From the NCBI GenBank assembly GCA_002441245.1, contig DJVP01000004.1:52072-116071 (forward strand): a DNA stretch of 64,000 nucleotides, written 5' to 3'. Within the stretch, counting starts at the first letter, position 1. Every line of letters begins with the position of its first letter. The notes beneath the pieces were generated by a model. It had not been told where the DNA came from, did not search any database, and saw nothing but the letters and a program-made list of their open reading frames with translations. Both the position numbers and the translations under genes were made by a program. Shown here one piece after another: positions 37,410 through 46,668 of this stretch. This DNA comes from Candidatus Omnitrophica bacterium UBA6253. Its GTDB lineage: Bacteria; Omnitrophota; Gorgyraeia; Gygaellales; Profunditerraquicolaceae.

Positions 37410-38531
37410 TTATTTCCTGATATCCTCATCAAAATTATCAGGTTTTAACACGACCGCCAATAATTTAAGCAAGGAATTAAAGAAAACATTCCGATGCCTT
37501 AAATAGGCATAAAGCGGGATAATTTTACCACCCAGCCTGATCTTCGGTTCATAATCTGTCTGCCCGGGGTGATAATAACGTAAAGAGTTGCTTATGCACC
37601 ACTTAATATTATACGCCCAACTGACAAAATACAGGTTAAAACGATTAGATACATCATAATTGAAACCGATAAATTTATCAATGAGTAAATCTTTGTAAAT
37701 AAAACAAAGGTTAAAGGCAGCCAAAGAACCATCTACATAATAAAGGAAGAAACGTGTATGCTCGCGCAAATCATCTGAGACCTGCAAAAAAAACTTCCTG
37801 GTCAAACGCTCAAACTTGGTCGAGCCATTATGGTAAGTGCTTTCATAAAGCTTAATTATTTGATCGATCTGGCTGCTAACCTCCTGAACCAACTTAACCT
37901 CAATATTGCCCCGTGCATAGGCCTGCCTCAGTTTCTTGTTTAAGCTCTTGCGGGTTGAACTACCCAGGCTTTTAAGATACTCCTCAAAAGAAGAGAAATT
38001 CAGGTCAACAAGTACAGTAGGAAAACTTTCCACTTTGGTAAATCCTTTGTGCTTCAAAACATCCAGAAATGATGTGCTCTCTTGCAGGAAATCCTTAAAA
38101 ATAACCAAAGGGGCGTTAATCTTAAGTGCAAAATCTTTTATGCCCGTTAAAAGATGCCGGATAAACCCGGGATCAAGACGAAAATCCTCTTTAACCCCCA
38201 GTACTCCATGCTCCCCAAAAGGGGATCCGCAGAATAATGTTTTAAAAACCAGAAAACGCGGAAAAGCCTTACGTATTAACTTAACAACTCTCAAAAACAA
38301 CCCTTCAGCAGCAATATCTAAGTTAAAATCCGCGCTAAACAATGGGGCAATCAGCACAATTTCATTATCGCGATAAATAGTCAGGTAATAAAAAACAAAC
38401 TCAGCAAGCTCGGAATTACCCAAGGCCTTATAAAATGGATAACTCTCAGGGATATCACCAAAAACAGCCTCCCAGTCTTTTTTATCAATCTTATTAATAT
38501 TCTCGTATATCTTACAGGTAATTTTAGGCAC
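37410..38531 (-). CDS. FemAB/CelD-like GNAT-fold acyl/aminoacyl-transferase (Acetyltransf_6-type)
   Basis: 373 aa. Its size and its mixed alpha/beta C-terminal half (FFLYYVDGSLAAFNLCFIYKDLL) fit the FemAB-related duplicated GNAT fold. Motif-level call only. Confidence 0.45.
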   Translation of the reverse strand: MPKITCKIYENINKIDKKDWEAVFGDIPESYPFYKALGNSELAEFVFYYLTIYRDNEIVLIAPLFSADFNLDIAAEGLFLRVVKLIRKAFPRFLVFKTLFCGSPFGEHGVLGVKEDFRLDPGFIRHLLTGIKDFALKINAPLVIFKDFLQESTSFLDVLKHKGFTKVESFPTVLVDLNFSSFEEYLKSLGSSTRKSLNKKLRQAYARGNIEVKLVQEVSSQIDQIIKLYESTYHNGSTKFERLTRKFFLQVSDDLREHTRFFLYYVDGSLAAFNLCFIYKDLLIDKFIGFNYDVSNRFNLYFVSWAYNIKWCISNSLRYYHPGQTDYEPKIRLGGKIIPLYAYLRHRNVFFNSLLKLLAVVLKPDNFDEDIRK

Positions 38532-38553
38532 AGGTTAAGAGTTAGAGAGTTAT

Positions 38554-38588
38554 CTTGAATTTCTGTCTATTTTAGCATAGAATAGACA
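38554..38588 (+). promoter_or_regulatory. promoter TTGAAT-17-TAGAAT with an 8-9-8 inverted repeat over the spacer/-10, in the divergent intergenic region
   Basis: TTGAAT at 38554-38559 and TAGAAT about 17 nt downstream. The inverted repeat TGTCTATT-ttagcatag-AATAGACA spans 38564-38588, about 25 nt before the DegT ATG. Confidence 0.45.
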
Positions 38589-38615
38589 AGTGTGTGAGAA
38601 AAAAGGAAACTAAAT

Positions 38616-39848
38616 TTGAGCCTAATCAAAGAAATTCCGCCAACCGCAGGCTGGCCGATTAAATTTAAAAGTTTACTCCCCTCTTTTTTTAAAAGATCGC
38701 CTAACGGGCCACTGGAAGAAGACTTTAAGAAATATTTAAATGCCCCCTCTGCCTTGCTTACCTATTCCGGAACCGCAGCATTCTACTTGATCCTGGAGAG
38801 CATTAAGAAACTCTCAGATAAGAAAACAGTAATTATCCCTGCTTTCGTCTGCCCCCTTATCCCCTTAGCGATAAAAAGAGCCGGCCTTAAAATAAACCTT
38901 TGCGATATAAATCAGGACAACTTTGATTTTGATATAAATGAATTACGCAAAGTCTGCGCTAGAGATAAAGACACCGTGGCAATTTTGGCCGTACACCTGG
39001 CCGGAATCCCCTTAGGGTTAGATGGTATCAAGAAAATAGCCGAAGAAAATGATATTTTTGTTATTGAAGATTGCGCCCAAAGCTTAGGGGCAGAATATCG
39101 AAATAAAAAAGCAGGCTCAATCGGAGAGTTTTCTTTTTTCAGTCTCTGCCGCGGGAAAGGGCTGACTATTTATGAAGGCGGCCTGGCAATAACTAACCAG
39201 GCCAAATATACCCAGATATTAGAAGATACCGCAAAAGAAATCATGCATCCGGATATTTCTTCCGAGTATTTAAAAATAGCCGAGCTGTTTGCTTATACCA
39301 TTTTTTACCGGCCAGCCTTATTCTGGTTTGCATTTAGATTGCCGCAGATCTTCTGGCGGATGCGCAATAACCCTATCAAAGCTATGGGGGAATATTTTGA
39401 ACTAAATTTTCCAATCCATAAGATTTCTGCCTTCAGAGAATATATAGGCCACATTAATTTTCCTTATTTAAGCAGGGAAATAGATAAACAAAGGGTAAAG
39501 ATTGAATTTTATTTAAAACAGCTCAAAGATATTCCCGGGATCAAACCTATTACGGAATTTACACAAACAAAGGCAAGCTATCCCTACCTTACTATTATTT
39601 TTGATACATGCGAAAAAAGAAACACTGCCCTAAGAATATTTAGGAATTCAGGATTAGGGGTATCCCAGGTGTATTTACAGGCAATTACGGATTATGATTA
39701 TTTAAGGGGGATTGTCCCTGAAGTAAATTGCGAAAATTCCCGTAAGCTGGCAAAACAAACCATCACCTTAAGCACGAGCAGCTTCCTGAAAGAACCCGAT
39801 TTAAAAAAAATAGTCAATAAATTAAAAATAATCCAGGAGATAAAATGA
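38616..39848 (+). CDS. DegT/DnrJ/EryC1/StrS-family PLP-dependent sugar aminotransferase (ArnB-like)
   Basis: 410 aa with the blocks GTAAFYLILESI, DTVAILAVHLAGIP, FVIEDCAQSLGAEY and GSIGEFSFFSLCRGKGLT (PLP-Lys region). Confidence 0.75.
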   Translation: MSLIKEIPPTAGWPIKFKSLLPSFFKRSPNGPLEEDFKKYLNAPSALLTYSGTAAFYLILESIKKLSDKKTVIIPAFVCPLIPLAIKRAGLKINLCDINQDNFDFDINELRKVCARDKDTVAILAVHLAGIPLGLDGIKKIAEENDIFVIEDCAQSLGAEYRNKKAGSIGEFSFFSLCRGKGLTIYEGGLAITNQAKYTQILEDTAKEIMHPDISSEYLKIAELFAYTIFYRPALFWFAFRLPQIFWRMRNNPIKAMGEYFELNFPIHKISAFREYIGHINFPYLSREIDKQRVKIEFYLKQLKDIPGIKPITEFTQTKASYPYLTIIFDTCEKRNTALRIFRNSGLGVSQVYLQAITDYDYLRGIVPEVNCENSRKLAKQTITLSTSSFLKEPDLKKIVNKLKIIQEIK

Positions 39849-40708
39849 TTGTTCTTTCATTTAAAGAAGATAAACGCGAAATCAATAATATAGCTGATAC
39901 AGGCTTTTTTCTCCCGGGAAATAAAAACCTCTGCTTCCTGATCCACGGGCTTACAGGCACAGCTAAGGAGATGGGGGCTATTGCTCAGCGTTTAAATAAA
40001 CAGGGGTTTTCTGTAGCTGTGCCCCTCTTACTAAATCATAATAAATCTATCTCATGCCTGAAGAAAACAACTTGGCAAGAGCTTTATAATTCTGTACGTA
40101 CCGAATTTATTAAATACTCCCATGAATACGAGAATATATTTGTGGCGGGGCTCTCTTTTGGCGCCTTAATCGGGATATTGCTGACACATGAGTTTCCTGG
40201 AAAAGTAAAGGCGCTAAATTGTTTCTCGCCTACCCTGTTCTATGATGGCTGGGGAAACCCCAAATCCAGGATTTTTCTTCCACTGATTTACAAAACACCG
40301 TTTAAATACTGGCTTTATTTTAAAGAGGAGCACCCTTACGGACTGAAAAACGAGCGGCTGCGTTCCAAGGTTGAGAATTTCTATAAGGACGCTGATCTTT
40401 TTGATTATAACAAGGTGCATCTTTACGGCTATCCCGTAATCCCGGTATCTTGCATGTACCAAAATTCACTCCTGGCAAAAAAAGTAATTTCTATACTTAA
40501 AGATATAAGAACGCCGATACAAATATTGCAAGCCAGAGAAGATGACGTAACCAGCCCAAAAAATTCATATTGCATTTATAATCGAGTTGGCTCTAAGGAA
40601 AAGGAAATAATTTTCTTTGAGAATTCTTACCACATTATTACGGCAGATCAGGAAAGGGATAAGGTCGCAGAAAAAACCGTGGCTTTTTTTGAGAAATACA
40701 AGGTTTAA
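39845..40708 (+). CDS. alpha/beta-hydrolase (esterase/lipase-like)
   Basis: 287 aa with HGLTGT oxyanion region and the GLSFG (GxSxG) nucleophile elbow. It overlaps the DegT stop by 4 nt. Confidence 0.7.
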   Translation: MIVLSFKEDKREINNIADTGFFLPGNKNLCFLIHGLTGTAKEMGAIAQRLNKQGFSVAVPLLLNHNKSISCLKKTTWQELYNSVRTEFIKYSHEYENIFVAGLSFGALIGILLTHEFPGKVKALNCFSPTLFYDGWGNPKSRIFLPLIYKTPFKYWLYFKEEHPYGLKNERLRSKVENFYKDADLFDYNKVHLYGYPVIPVSCMYQNSLLAKKVISILKDIRTPIQILQAREDDVTSPKNSYCIYNRVGSKEKEIIFFENSYHIITADQERDKVAEKTVAFFEKYKV

Positions 40709-41634
40709 GGGAATATCTCTTGAAGAATCCTTAGATTAGTCTGTTCGTTGACCCTGATGATCAAGTCTTTAGGACAACCAGCTACTGCAAGCTCTCTGGG
40801 ATGGTCCAGCCTTGAAAGTAGAGATTTTAGTTTATTCGGGATTACCGGAGACGAATAATCTCCTACTATATCCAAGCCGATTATATCTAAATTGTTTCGC
40901 ATAATCCTGATCATAGTTAAAAGTTGTCCCAGGCTTAAATATCCTTCCTCCCAGTTAGTAAACGCAAAATCTCTTTTCAGGCAATCCTTGTCTATCGAAA
41001 TATAAACCTTCCTGGTAGGAAGACGCCCGATTAAATTTAAGGTAAATTTGGCTAAATCTTCCCCTTCCAACTCGTGCCATATAATCCTGTTTGAGAGAAA
41101 ACTTTTTCTGGTAACGATTGAGTCATTTTCTGGTACGTGCCTAAAATAAACCCGGCTGGGCTTATGCCTAAAGGGATAAATTTCCAGGCGGCCATCAGCT
41201 AAAGCACTTAAAGAACCTGTCTGTAACGCAAGCCCTGACAAATCATCAGACCCCATGCCAATAAGGATGCATTTAGAAATATTCTTATTCTTGATGGCCT
41301 GATTAACCCATGATCCGCAGCCAAAACGCGGAGGCAGGCTGTCCCAATCAGGATGAAAATCAAATACAATCAAACATACCCGCTCATCAAGCTGAGCTGT
41401 TAACACTTCACTTATATGATGAAAATCACCTGAGCCTAAAAAGGTGGGGCAATCTTTTTCTTGAGGATTAAGACGGCGGGCTATTTTTCTGCGTACCTCA
41501 CCTGACATAAAAAGCCTGGTTGAAGCAGCCAGGCCTGTAAAATCAACAACCTTGACCTGATATTGGCAGAAAAGCCCAGGTTGTTGAATAACGCTATTAT
41601 CGAAATTTAAGATACGAATAAACTTGTTCAGCAT
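40705..41634 (-). CDS. ureohydrolase-superfamily protein (arginase/agmatinase/formiminoglutamase-like)
   Basis: 309 aa with SGDFHHIS (GGDHS-like), DFHPD (DAHxD-like) and SIDKDCL (SxDxD) Mn-ligand blocks. Confidence 0.5.
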   Translation of the reverse strand: MLNKFIRILNFDNSVIQQPGLFCQYQVKVVDFTGLAASTRLFMSGEVRRKIARRLNPQEKDCPTFLGSGDFHHISEVLTAQLDERVCLIVFDFHPDWDSLPPRFGCGSWVNQAIKNKNISKCILIGMGSDDLSGLALQTGSLSALADGRLEIYPFRHKPSRVYFRHVPENDSIVTRKSFLSNRIIWHELEGEDLAKFTLNLIGRLPTRKVYISIDKDCLKRDFAFTNWEEGYLSLGQLLTMIRIMRNNLDIIGLDIVGDYSSPVIPNKLKSLLSRLDHPRELAVAGCPKDLIIRVNEQTNLRILQEIFP

Positions 41635-41676
41635 GCAGGAATTTTCAGCTCCTGCCTTTTACGGCAAGCAAGAATT

Positions 41677-43092
41677 CTATGATTTCTTAAGCGCCCTATT
41701 TAATGCCTCTTCAAAAAGATCAATACCTAAATCAATCTCTTTCTCAGTAATATAAAATGACGGGGCAATGGTAAATACATTTTTATAGTAACCGCCGACA
41801 TCAAGGATTAAACCCCGCCTCTTTCCTCCGGCGCTTAAAGATCCACTCAACCCTATATTTACGATCTTATCGGTTAATTCTTTATCCGGGGTATAACCGT
41901 CTTTACCGCACATCTCTATTCTTAAAGCCAGGCCAAGCCCATCCACATCTCCTATCTGCGGGTACTTTTTCTGCAGCTTCTTAAGTTGCGAGATAAAATA
42001 CTGCCCCTTTTTATTCACAGAGGTAGAAAAATCAGATTCTTCAATTAATTTCATTACCTCAAGGCCAGCAGCCGTGCCTAAGGGATTGCTTGAAAATGTT
42101 GCGTGGGTTGAACCCGGAGGAAAGGCATCCGGAGAGATAAGTTTTTCTTTAGCCCAAACCCCTGAAATAGGATTTAAGCCATTGGTAAGGGCCTTGCCGA
42201 ATACAATTATATCAGGGGTAATATTAAAATGCTCAATCGCCCAGAACTTACCCGTACGGAAAAATCCCATTTGTATTTCATCATCAATAAAAAGTATGCC
42301 ATAATGATCAAGTATTTCTTTTAACCCTGAGAAATAATCCTGTGGAGGGACAATATAGCCACCTGTACCCTGGACAGCCTCCGCATAGAAAGCGACAAAT
42401 TCACATCTATTGTTCTTTTTATTCACTACTGAATGGTACTCGGTTTCAAAAAGTTTCTCAAACTGCTTCAGGCAGTATAGATCACAAAAATCCTTTTTCT
42501 TATCATACGGACACCTGAAACAATACGGGTAGGGAACAAACATTGCCCTGTCCCCAAAATGGCCAAATCTTTCCCTGTACCTGAAACTTGAAGTTATCGC
42601 TGATGCCGCCAAAGTCCTTCCATGATAACCGCCCATAAAAGCAAATACCAGGCTTCTTCCAGAATGGTTGCGTACTAATTTCAAGGAATCTTCCAGGGCG
42701 CTTGAACCTCCAACATTGAAATGAATCCTGCCTTTTTCCTCAAAGGTACGTTCATTTTTCTGCGCTAATTTTGCGGCAAGCTGAATCTTCTCTTCATGCA
42801 GGTACTGACAGGCAAGCTGCGGTAAGGTATCAACTTGTTTTTTTAATGCGGCGTTTAAGCGTTTGTTCTTATACCCAAAATTAGCTGCCGAATACCACAT
42901 CTGTAAATCCAAGAATTCTACACCTTCCCGGTCATAAAGATAACTCCCCTTAGAGCTTTTAAATACATTTAATTTCTCGGCATAATGCACTGTATCACCC
43001 CAAGAGCAGTATTTTGCCTCCAGATCCAACAATTGGTCATGGGTAAAAACTTTTTCATTCTTGTTCGGCTTAGTCAGTTGCTTTTGGCTCAT
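41677..43092 (-). CDS. class III PLP-dependent aminotransferase
   Basis: 471 aa with DEIQMGFFRTGKFWAIEHF (the DEVQTGFGRTG family signature) and FGKALTNG (PLP-Lys). Confidence 0.8.
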   Translation of the reverse strand: MSQKQLTKPNKNEKVFTHDQLLDLEAKYCSWGDTVHYAEKLNVFKSSKGSYLYDREGVEFLDLQMWYSAANFGYKNKRLNAALKKQVDTLPQLACQYLHEEKIQLAAKLAQKNERTFEEKGRIHFNVGGSSALEDSLKLVRNHSGRSLVFAFMGGYHGRTLAASAITSSFRYRERFGHFGDRAMFVPYPYCFRCPYDKKKDFCDLYCLKQFEKLFETEYHSVVNKKNNRCEFVAFYAEAVQGTGGYIVPPQDYFSGLKEILDHYGILFIDDEIQMGFFRTGKFWAIEHFNITPDIIVFGKALTNGLNPISGVWAKEKLISPDAFPPGSTHATFSSNPLGTAAGLEVMKLIEESDFSTSVNKKGQYFISQLKKLQKKYPQIGDVDGLGLALRIEMCGKDGYTPDKELTDKIVNIGLSGSLSAGGKRRGLILDVGGYYKNVFTIAPSFYITEKEIDLGIDLFEEALNRALKKS

Positions 43093-43763
43093 GTTAATTT
43101 CCTTTTTAATTGGTTAAACACTTCTTTTAAATTATGAAAAACCGCATGATCCAGTTTATTATCCTTAAAATACCTGAGTAAATTATCCTTTGCGAAAACC
43201 AGCTGGGCATGTTTAGCAGGACAGATATCTGAAGAACCATCCCCGACGTAGATTATTGTAGAGCCTTTTGGCGAATTTGCCAAAAGGTTTTTCGTCTTGC
43301 AATGCGCGCAAATCTGGCAATCTTTATTCTTAAAGGGGTAATCCGTAACAACTTTATCCCGGGGGAAACTTAATTTATTAGCCAAAACCTTTAGCTTCTT
43401 TACCCCGTTAATCTTTAAAATCCGGTTAAGTATATAATCAAAGTTATCACTTAAAACTACAGTTTTTACTTTCTTGGACTGCAGGAATTTATAGAGTGTT
43501 TTAAAATAAGGGTCAAGCTTTATCTTAGGCAGATAAGCGTCTAAAGATTTCTTATTCAAATCCATGCCCCTGAGTTGCCCCTCCATGCAGGTCTTTGAGC
43601 CAATCCTGCCGCTTTTCCATCTTTTTTCCAATTCTACCCAACGGTCATCCCGTGAAAAAAGCAAAAGCATGTTATCAAAGACATCGCAAGTAGCGATAGT
43701 ATTATCAAAATCAAAGAATACAATGCACTTTTTAGTATTAAATTGACTGTTTTTATCTAGCAT
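43089..43763 (-). CDS. HAD-superfamily phosphatase (MtnX/PSP-like subfamily)
   Basis: 224 aa with FFDFDNTI (motif I), VLSDN, GDGSSD (motif III), plus a CxxC..HC cysteine cluster (CQICAHC). Confidence 0.6.
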   Translation of the reverse strand: MLDKNSQFNTKKCIVFFDFDNTIATCDVFDNMLLLFSRDDRWVELEKRWKSGRIGSKTCMEGQLRGMDLNKKSLDAYLPKIKLDPYFKTLYKFLQSKKVKTVVLSDNFDYILNRILKINGVKKLKVLANKLSFPRDKVVTDYPFKNKDCQICAHCKTKNLLANSPKGSTIIYVGDGSSDICPAKHAQLVFAKDNLLRYFKDNKLDHAVFHNLKEVFNQLKRKLT

Positions 43764-43774
43764 ATATAAGGTAA

Positions 43775-43803
43775 AATATTACCCCTATTGCCTAAATAGG
43801 GGT
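43775..43803 (-). other. perfect 12 bp stem / 5 nt loop hairpin between radical-SAM and HAD genes
   Basis: ATTACCCCTATT-gccta-AATAGGGGTAAT. It is followed on the minus strand by ATTTTACC. It may be a terminator or attenuator. Confidence 0.35.
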
Positions 43804-43893
43804 AATCTTATGGTGAGCCAAATTTATTTGTTATTTTACCGCTAAGCCCTATAACTGTCAATACACATTTTAAACTCGGAAACTAATCCTGAT

Positions 43894-44904
43894 TTATGCT
43901 GAATTAAAAACCCCGGCCAAATTTGCCTGACAAAATACACACCTGTTATTAGCCAGGCTAATTTCGCTTATTCTAAACCCTTTTCTTTTAATAAGTACTT
44001 TCTTACATGCAGGACAGAAAGTATCCAGCCCCCAGGAGTTGACATTGCCGGCATAAATATAATGCAGCCCTGCGGCATTGCCTAAATCACAGGCTAATCT
44101 AATAGTTTCCTCAGGAGTATCACGATAAGCGTAAAATTTATAATCCGCATGGAACCGGGAAACATGCCATGGGATATCCCTGTTTACGCTAGCAATAAAC
44201 CTTGCAATTCCAGAAAGCTCATCTAAGGTATCATTCTCGCCAGGAATTACCAAAGTAGTAACCTCAATCCAGATACCGGCATCCCTTAACCGCAAGATCG
44301 AATCAAGTACAGGCTTAAGATGGGCAGAGCAAATCTTTTGATAAGAATTGTCTTTAAAAAACTTTAAATCAATATTAGCCGCATCCAGGTAGGGTTTAAG
44401 CAAATCAATCGCCCCGGCAGACATATAGCCATTGCTTACAAATATGTTATATAAACCCGCTTCTTTTGCAAGCCTTGCCGTTTCTAAAGCAAACTCAAAA
44501 TAGACTGTAGGTTCAGTATAAGTATAGGCTATGCTTTTACAGTTATTCTCCTTGGCTAATCTAACAACTTGCTGCGCGCTAAAATCTTCTCCTGGCTGCT
44601 GGCTAACGGGATCAAACTGAGAAATCTGCCAATTCTGACAAAATCCGCAACGAAAATTGCACCCTGCGCTAGCGATAGAAAAAGCAAGGCTGCCGGGCAA
44701 GAAATGATATAACGGTTTCTTTTCAACGGGATCTATATTAACGGCAACCAGCTTGCCATAACTATGAGTATATAAAACCCCTTTGATGTTCTGCCTTACT
44801 CCGCAAAAACCAAACTTACCTTCCTGAATCAGGCAGTTGTGGCTGCAAAGCTGGCAACGCACCTTTAATGATTCTAAGGTGGTATAAAGTAAAGCTTCCT
44901 TCAT
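43894..44904 (-). CDS. radical SAM enzyme, AmmeMemoRadiSam-system type (PFL-activase-like)
   Basis: 336 aa. N-terminal Cys cluster CQLCSHNCLIQEGKFGFC, then canonical CNFRCGFCQNW (CxxxCxxC). Confidence 0.7.
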   Translation of the reverse strand: MKEALLYTTLESLKVRCQLCSHNCLIQEGKFGFCGVRQNIKGVLYTHSYGKLVAVNIDPVEKKPLYHFLPGSLAFSIASAGCNFRCGFCQNWQISQFDPVSQQPGEDFSAQQVVRLAKENNCKSIAYTYTEPTVYFEFALETARLAKEAGLYNIFVSNGYMSAGAIDLLKPYLDAANIDLKFFKDNSYQKICSAHLKPVLDSILRLRDAGIWIEVTTLVIPGENDTLDELSGIARFIASVNRDIPWHVSRFHADYKFYAYRDTPEETIRLACDLGNAAGLHYIYAGNVNSWGLDTFCPACKKVLIKRKGFRISEISLANNRCVFCQANLAGVFNSA

Positions 44905-44911
44905 CTGCTTT

Positions 44912-45892
44912 TCATATTAACAAGTGCGCGAACCTGCTTTTTGGTAAACAGGCAATCTTATGCACTTTATCCTCAACTCCAGGAATATTCCGGTAGAAAA
45001 CTTCCATATTTCTTAAACCAAGGGTATCAGAATACGCAGAGGTTATTTGAGAAAATAGATAAATAAGCTCATCGTTGATTAAGCCTCTGGCTAAAGAAGT
45101 CGGGCCGGCTAAATCCCTTTGGGGGAAAAACAGGCAATCTCCTGGCTTGGCCAACTGCATTAGCAATATGTTCTCGTCTTTATCCCTGCCGACAACCAGC
45201 CTGGACTTTTGCCCTAATCGAAAATGCCTGCCTACTTTTAAAAGCTCCAGATTATCCAGGTTTAATTCTTCATGGCAAAGCAACTCCTTTAATCTTTTAG
45301 AAAAACAGGGGTCAGTCAATAAACAGCCGCCTGCAGGATTGGAATACCCGCTTATGCCTAATTTCTTCGCCATTCGCATCTGCGGAGTACGTATGCGTCC
45401 GTTAAAATTAAGCAGTTTATCCCGTTTAACCCAGCCTTCCCTTTCCGGCAAGCTGGGATTAAAGAACTGCGCGGATAAAGGACGCAATAATAAATCATCG
45501 AGCCCGCTCCTTAACTTAATCAGCCTTAGGGCTTGTTTATTTTGAGACATCGGCCGCTGACCTAACACTTCTCCGGTAATAATAAAATCCGCCTTTAATT
45601 CCTGCAGCAACTCCTTGGCCCTGGAAAACATAAGTATCTTGCAATCAATGCACGGATTCATATTAGAACCAAAACCATACCGGGGATTTTTTATAAGGGA
45701 GAGAAATTCAGCTCCTAAATCAAACTCGAGCAGTTTTATCCCTATACCAACAAAGCTATTCCTGATATCAAGCTTACAGAACGGAATCTTAAAGTGCACT
45801 CCAATAACCTCGACGCCTTGCTCCTTTATCAGCCTTGCCGCCAATAAACTATCCAGGCCTCCAGAAATTAATGCCAATGCCCTTATCTTCAT
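44912..45892 (-). CDS. PP-loop ATPase of the ThiI/MnmA tRNA-thiolation type, lacking THUMP domain
   Basis: 326 aa. The PP-loop SGGLDS is at residues 10-15, so there is no room for a THUMP domain. It has NPCIDCK and IITGEVLGQRPMSQ (ThiI TGExLGQ signature) and LLRPL. Confidence 0.6.
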   Translation of the reverse strand: MKIRALALISGGLDSLLAARLIKEQGVEVIGVHFKIPFCKLDIRNSFVGIGIKLLEFDLGAEFLSLIKNPRYGFGSNMNPCIDCKILMFSRAKELLQELKADFIITGEVLGQRPMSQNKQALRLIKLRSGLDDLLLRPLSAQFFNPSLPEREGWVKRDKLLNFNGRIRTPQMRMAKKLGISGYSNPAGGCLLTDPCFSKRLKELLCHEELNLDNLELLKVGRHFRLGQKSRLVVGRDKDENILLMQLAKPGDCLFFPQRDLAGPTSLARGLINDELIYLFSQITSAYSDTLGLRNMEVFYRNIPGVEDKVHKIACLPKSRFAHLLI

Positions 45893-45914
45893 ATTGAATA
45901 ATTAAATGATTTGA

Positions 45915-46658
45915 TTATTCTGGTAAGAAGTTCTTTGCTAATGCCATAAATATTATCCCTAACAAGAATGCGATAAAAGCTGCGGTTGAACGCTTAAGGT
46001 CATTTTCTTTATGCAGTTCCGGGATAAGGTCGCTGGTGGCAATATAAATAAAACCTCCGGCAGTAAACGGCAATATAAAGTTCGTAAAATTCTTAACCAG
46101 GTCAGCTACAAAATAACCGATCACCGCTCCGAGTACAGCCATAAGCGCCGAGGCAAAATTAAATAAAAGGGCCTTTTTTTTGGTAAATCCGCCATATACC
46201 AATACAGCAAAATCGCCTAACTCCTGAGGAATCTCATGCAATACGATTGCCAGGGTAGTAATCAGGCCCAGCTTCAAAGAAACCATAAAACTTGCGGCAA
46301 TAACCATGCCATCAATAAAATTATGGAACCCATCTCCCACAAGATTCAGATAGGTAAAGGCATGTATCTTACAGCCGCCTTCCTCATGACAATGCCGCCA
46401 ATGCAGATATCTTTCCATAAGGAAAAAGATTATGATGCCAAGAATAAGATAAGAGAATACCGCCTCGCTTTTATTGTTTTCCAGGCATTCCGGTAGGATA
46501 TGCAAAAAGGCGCCTCCGATGAGCGCGCCTGCGGAGAAACCAATCAGGCAAAAAAGGATTTTATGCAGCAGGTTACCCTTAATGGAAAGGGTAAAAATAC
46601 CCACCAAGGATATAAGGCTGACTAAGGTTGTGCTGGCCAGGATCCAGAATAAAACCAT
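45915..46658 (-). CDS. zupT: ZIP-family zinc transporter
   Basis: 247 aa with HNFIDGM and HEIPQELGDF metal-binding helices. Confidence 0.85.
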   Translation of the reverse strand: MVLFWILASTTLVSLISLVGIFTLSIKGNLLHKILFCLIGFSAGALIGGAFLHILPECLENNKSEAVFSYLILGIIIFFLMERYLHWRHCHEEGGCKIHAFTYLNLVGDGFHNFIDGMVIAASFMVSLKLGLITTLAIVLHEIPQELGDFAVLVYGGFTKKKALLFNFASALMAVLGAVIGYFVADLVKNFTNFILPFTAGGFIYIATSDLIPELHKENDLKRSTAAFIAFLLGIIFMALAKNFLPE

Positions 46659-46668
46659 ATATAGGGAA

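Noticed and set aside
43894-44904. Intact AmmeMemoRadiSam three-gene system
   Set aside because: I could not recognise an AMMECR1 (LRGCIG motif) or MEMO1 homologue among the neighbours. Only the radical SAM member is present here.
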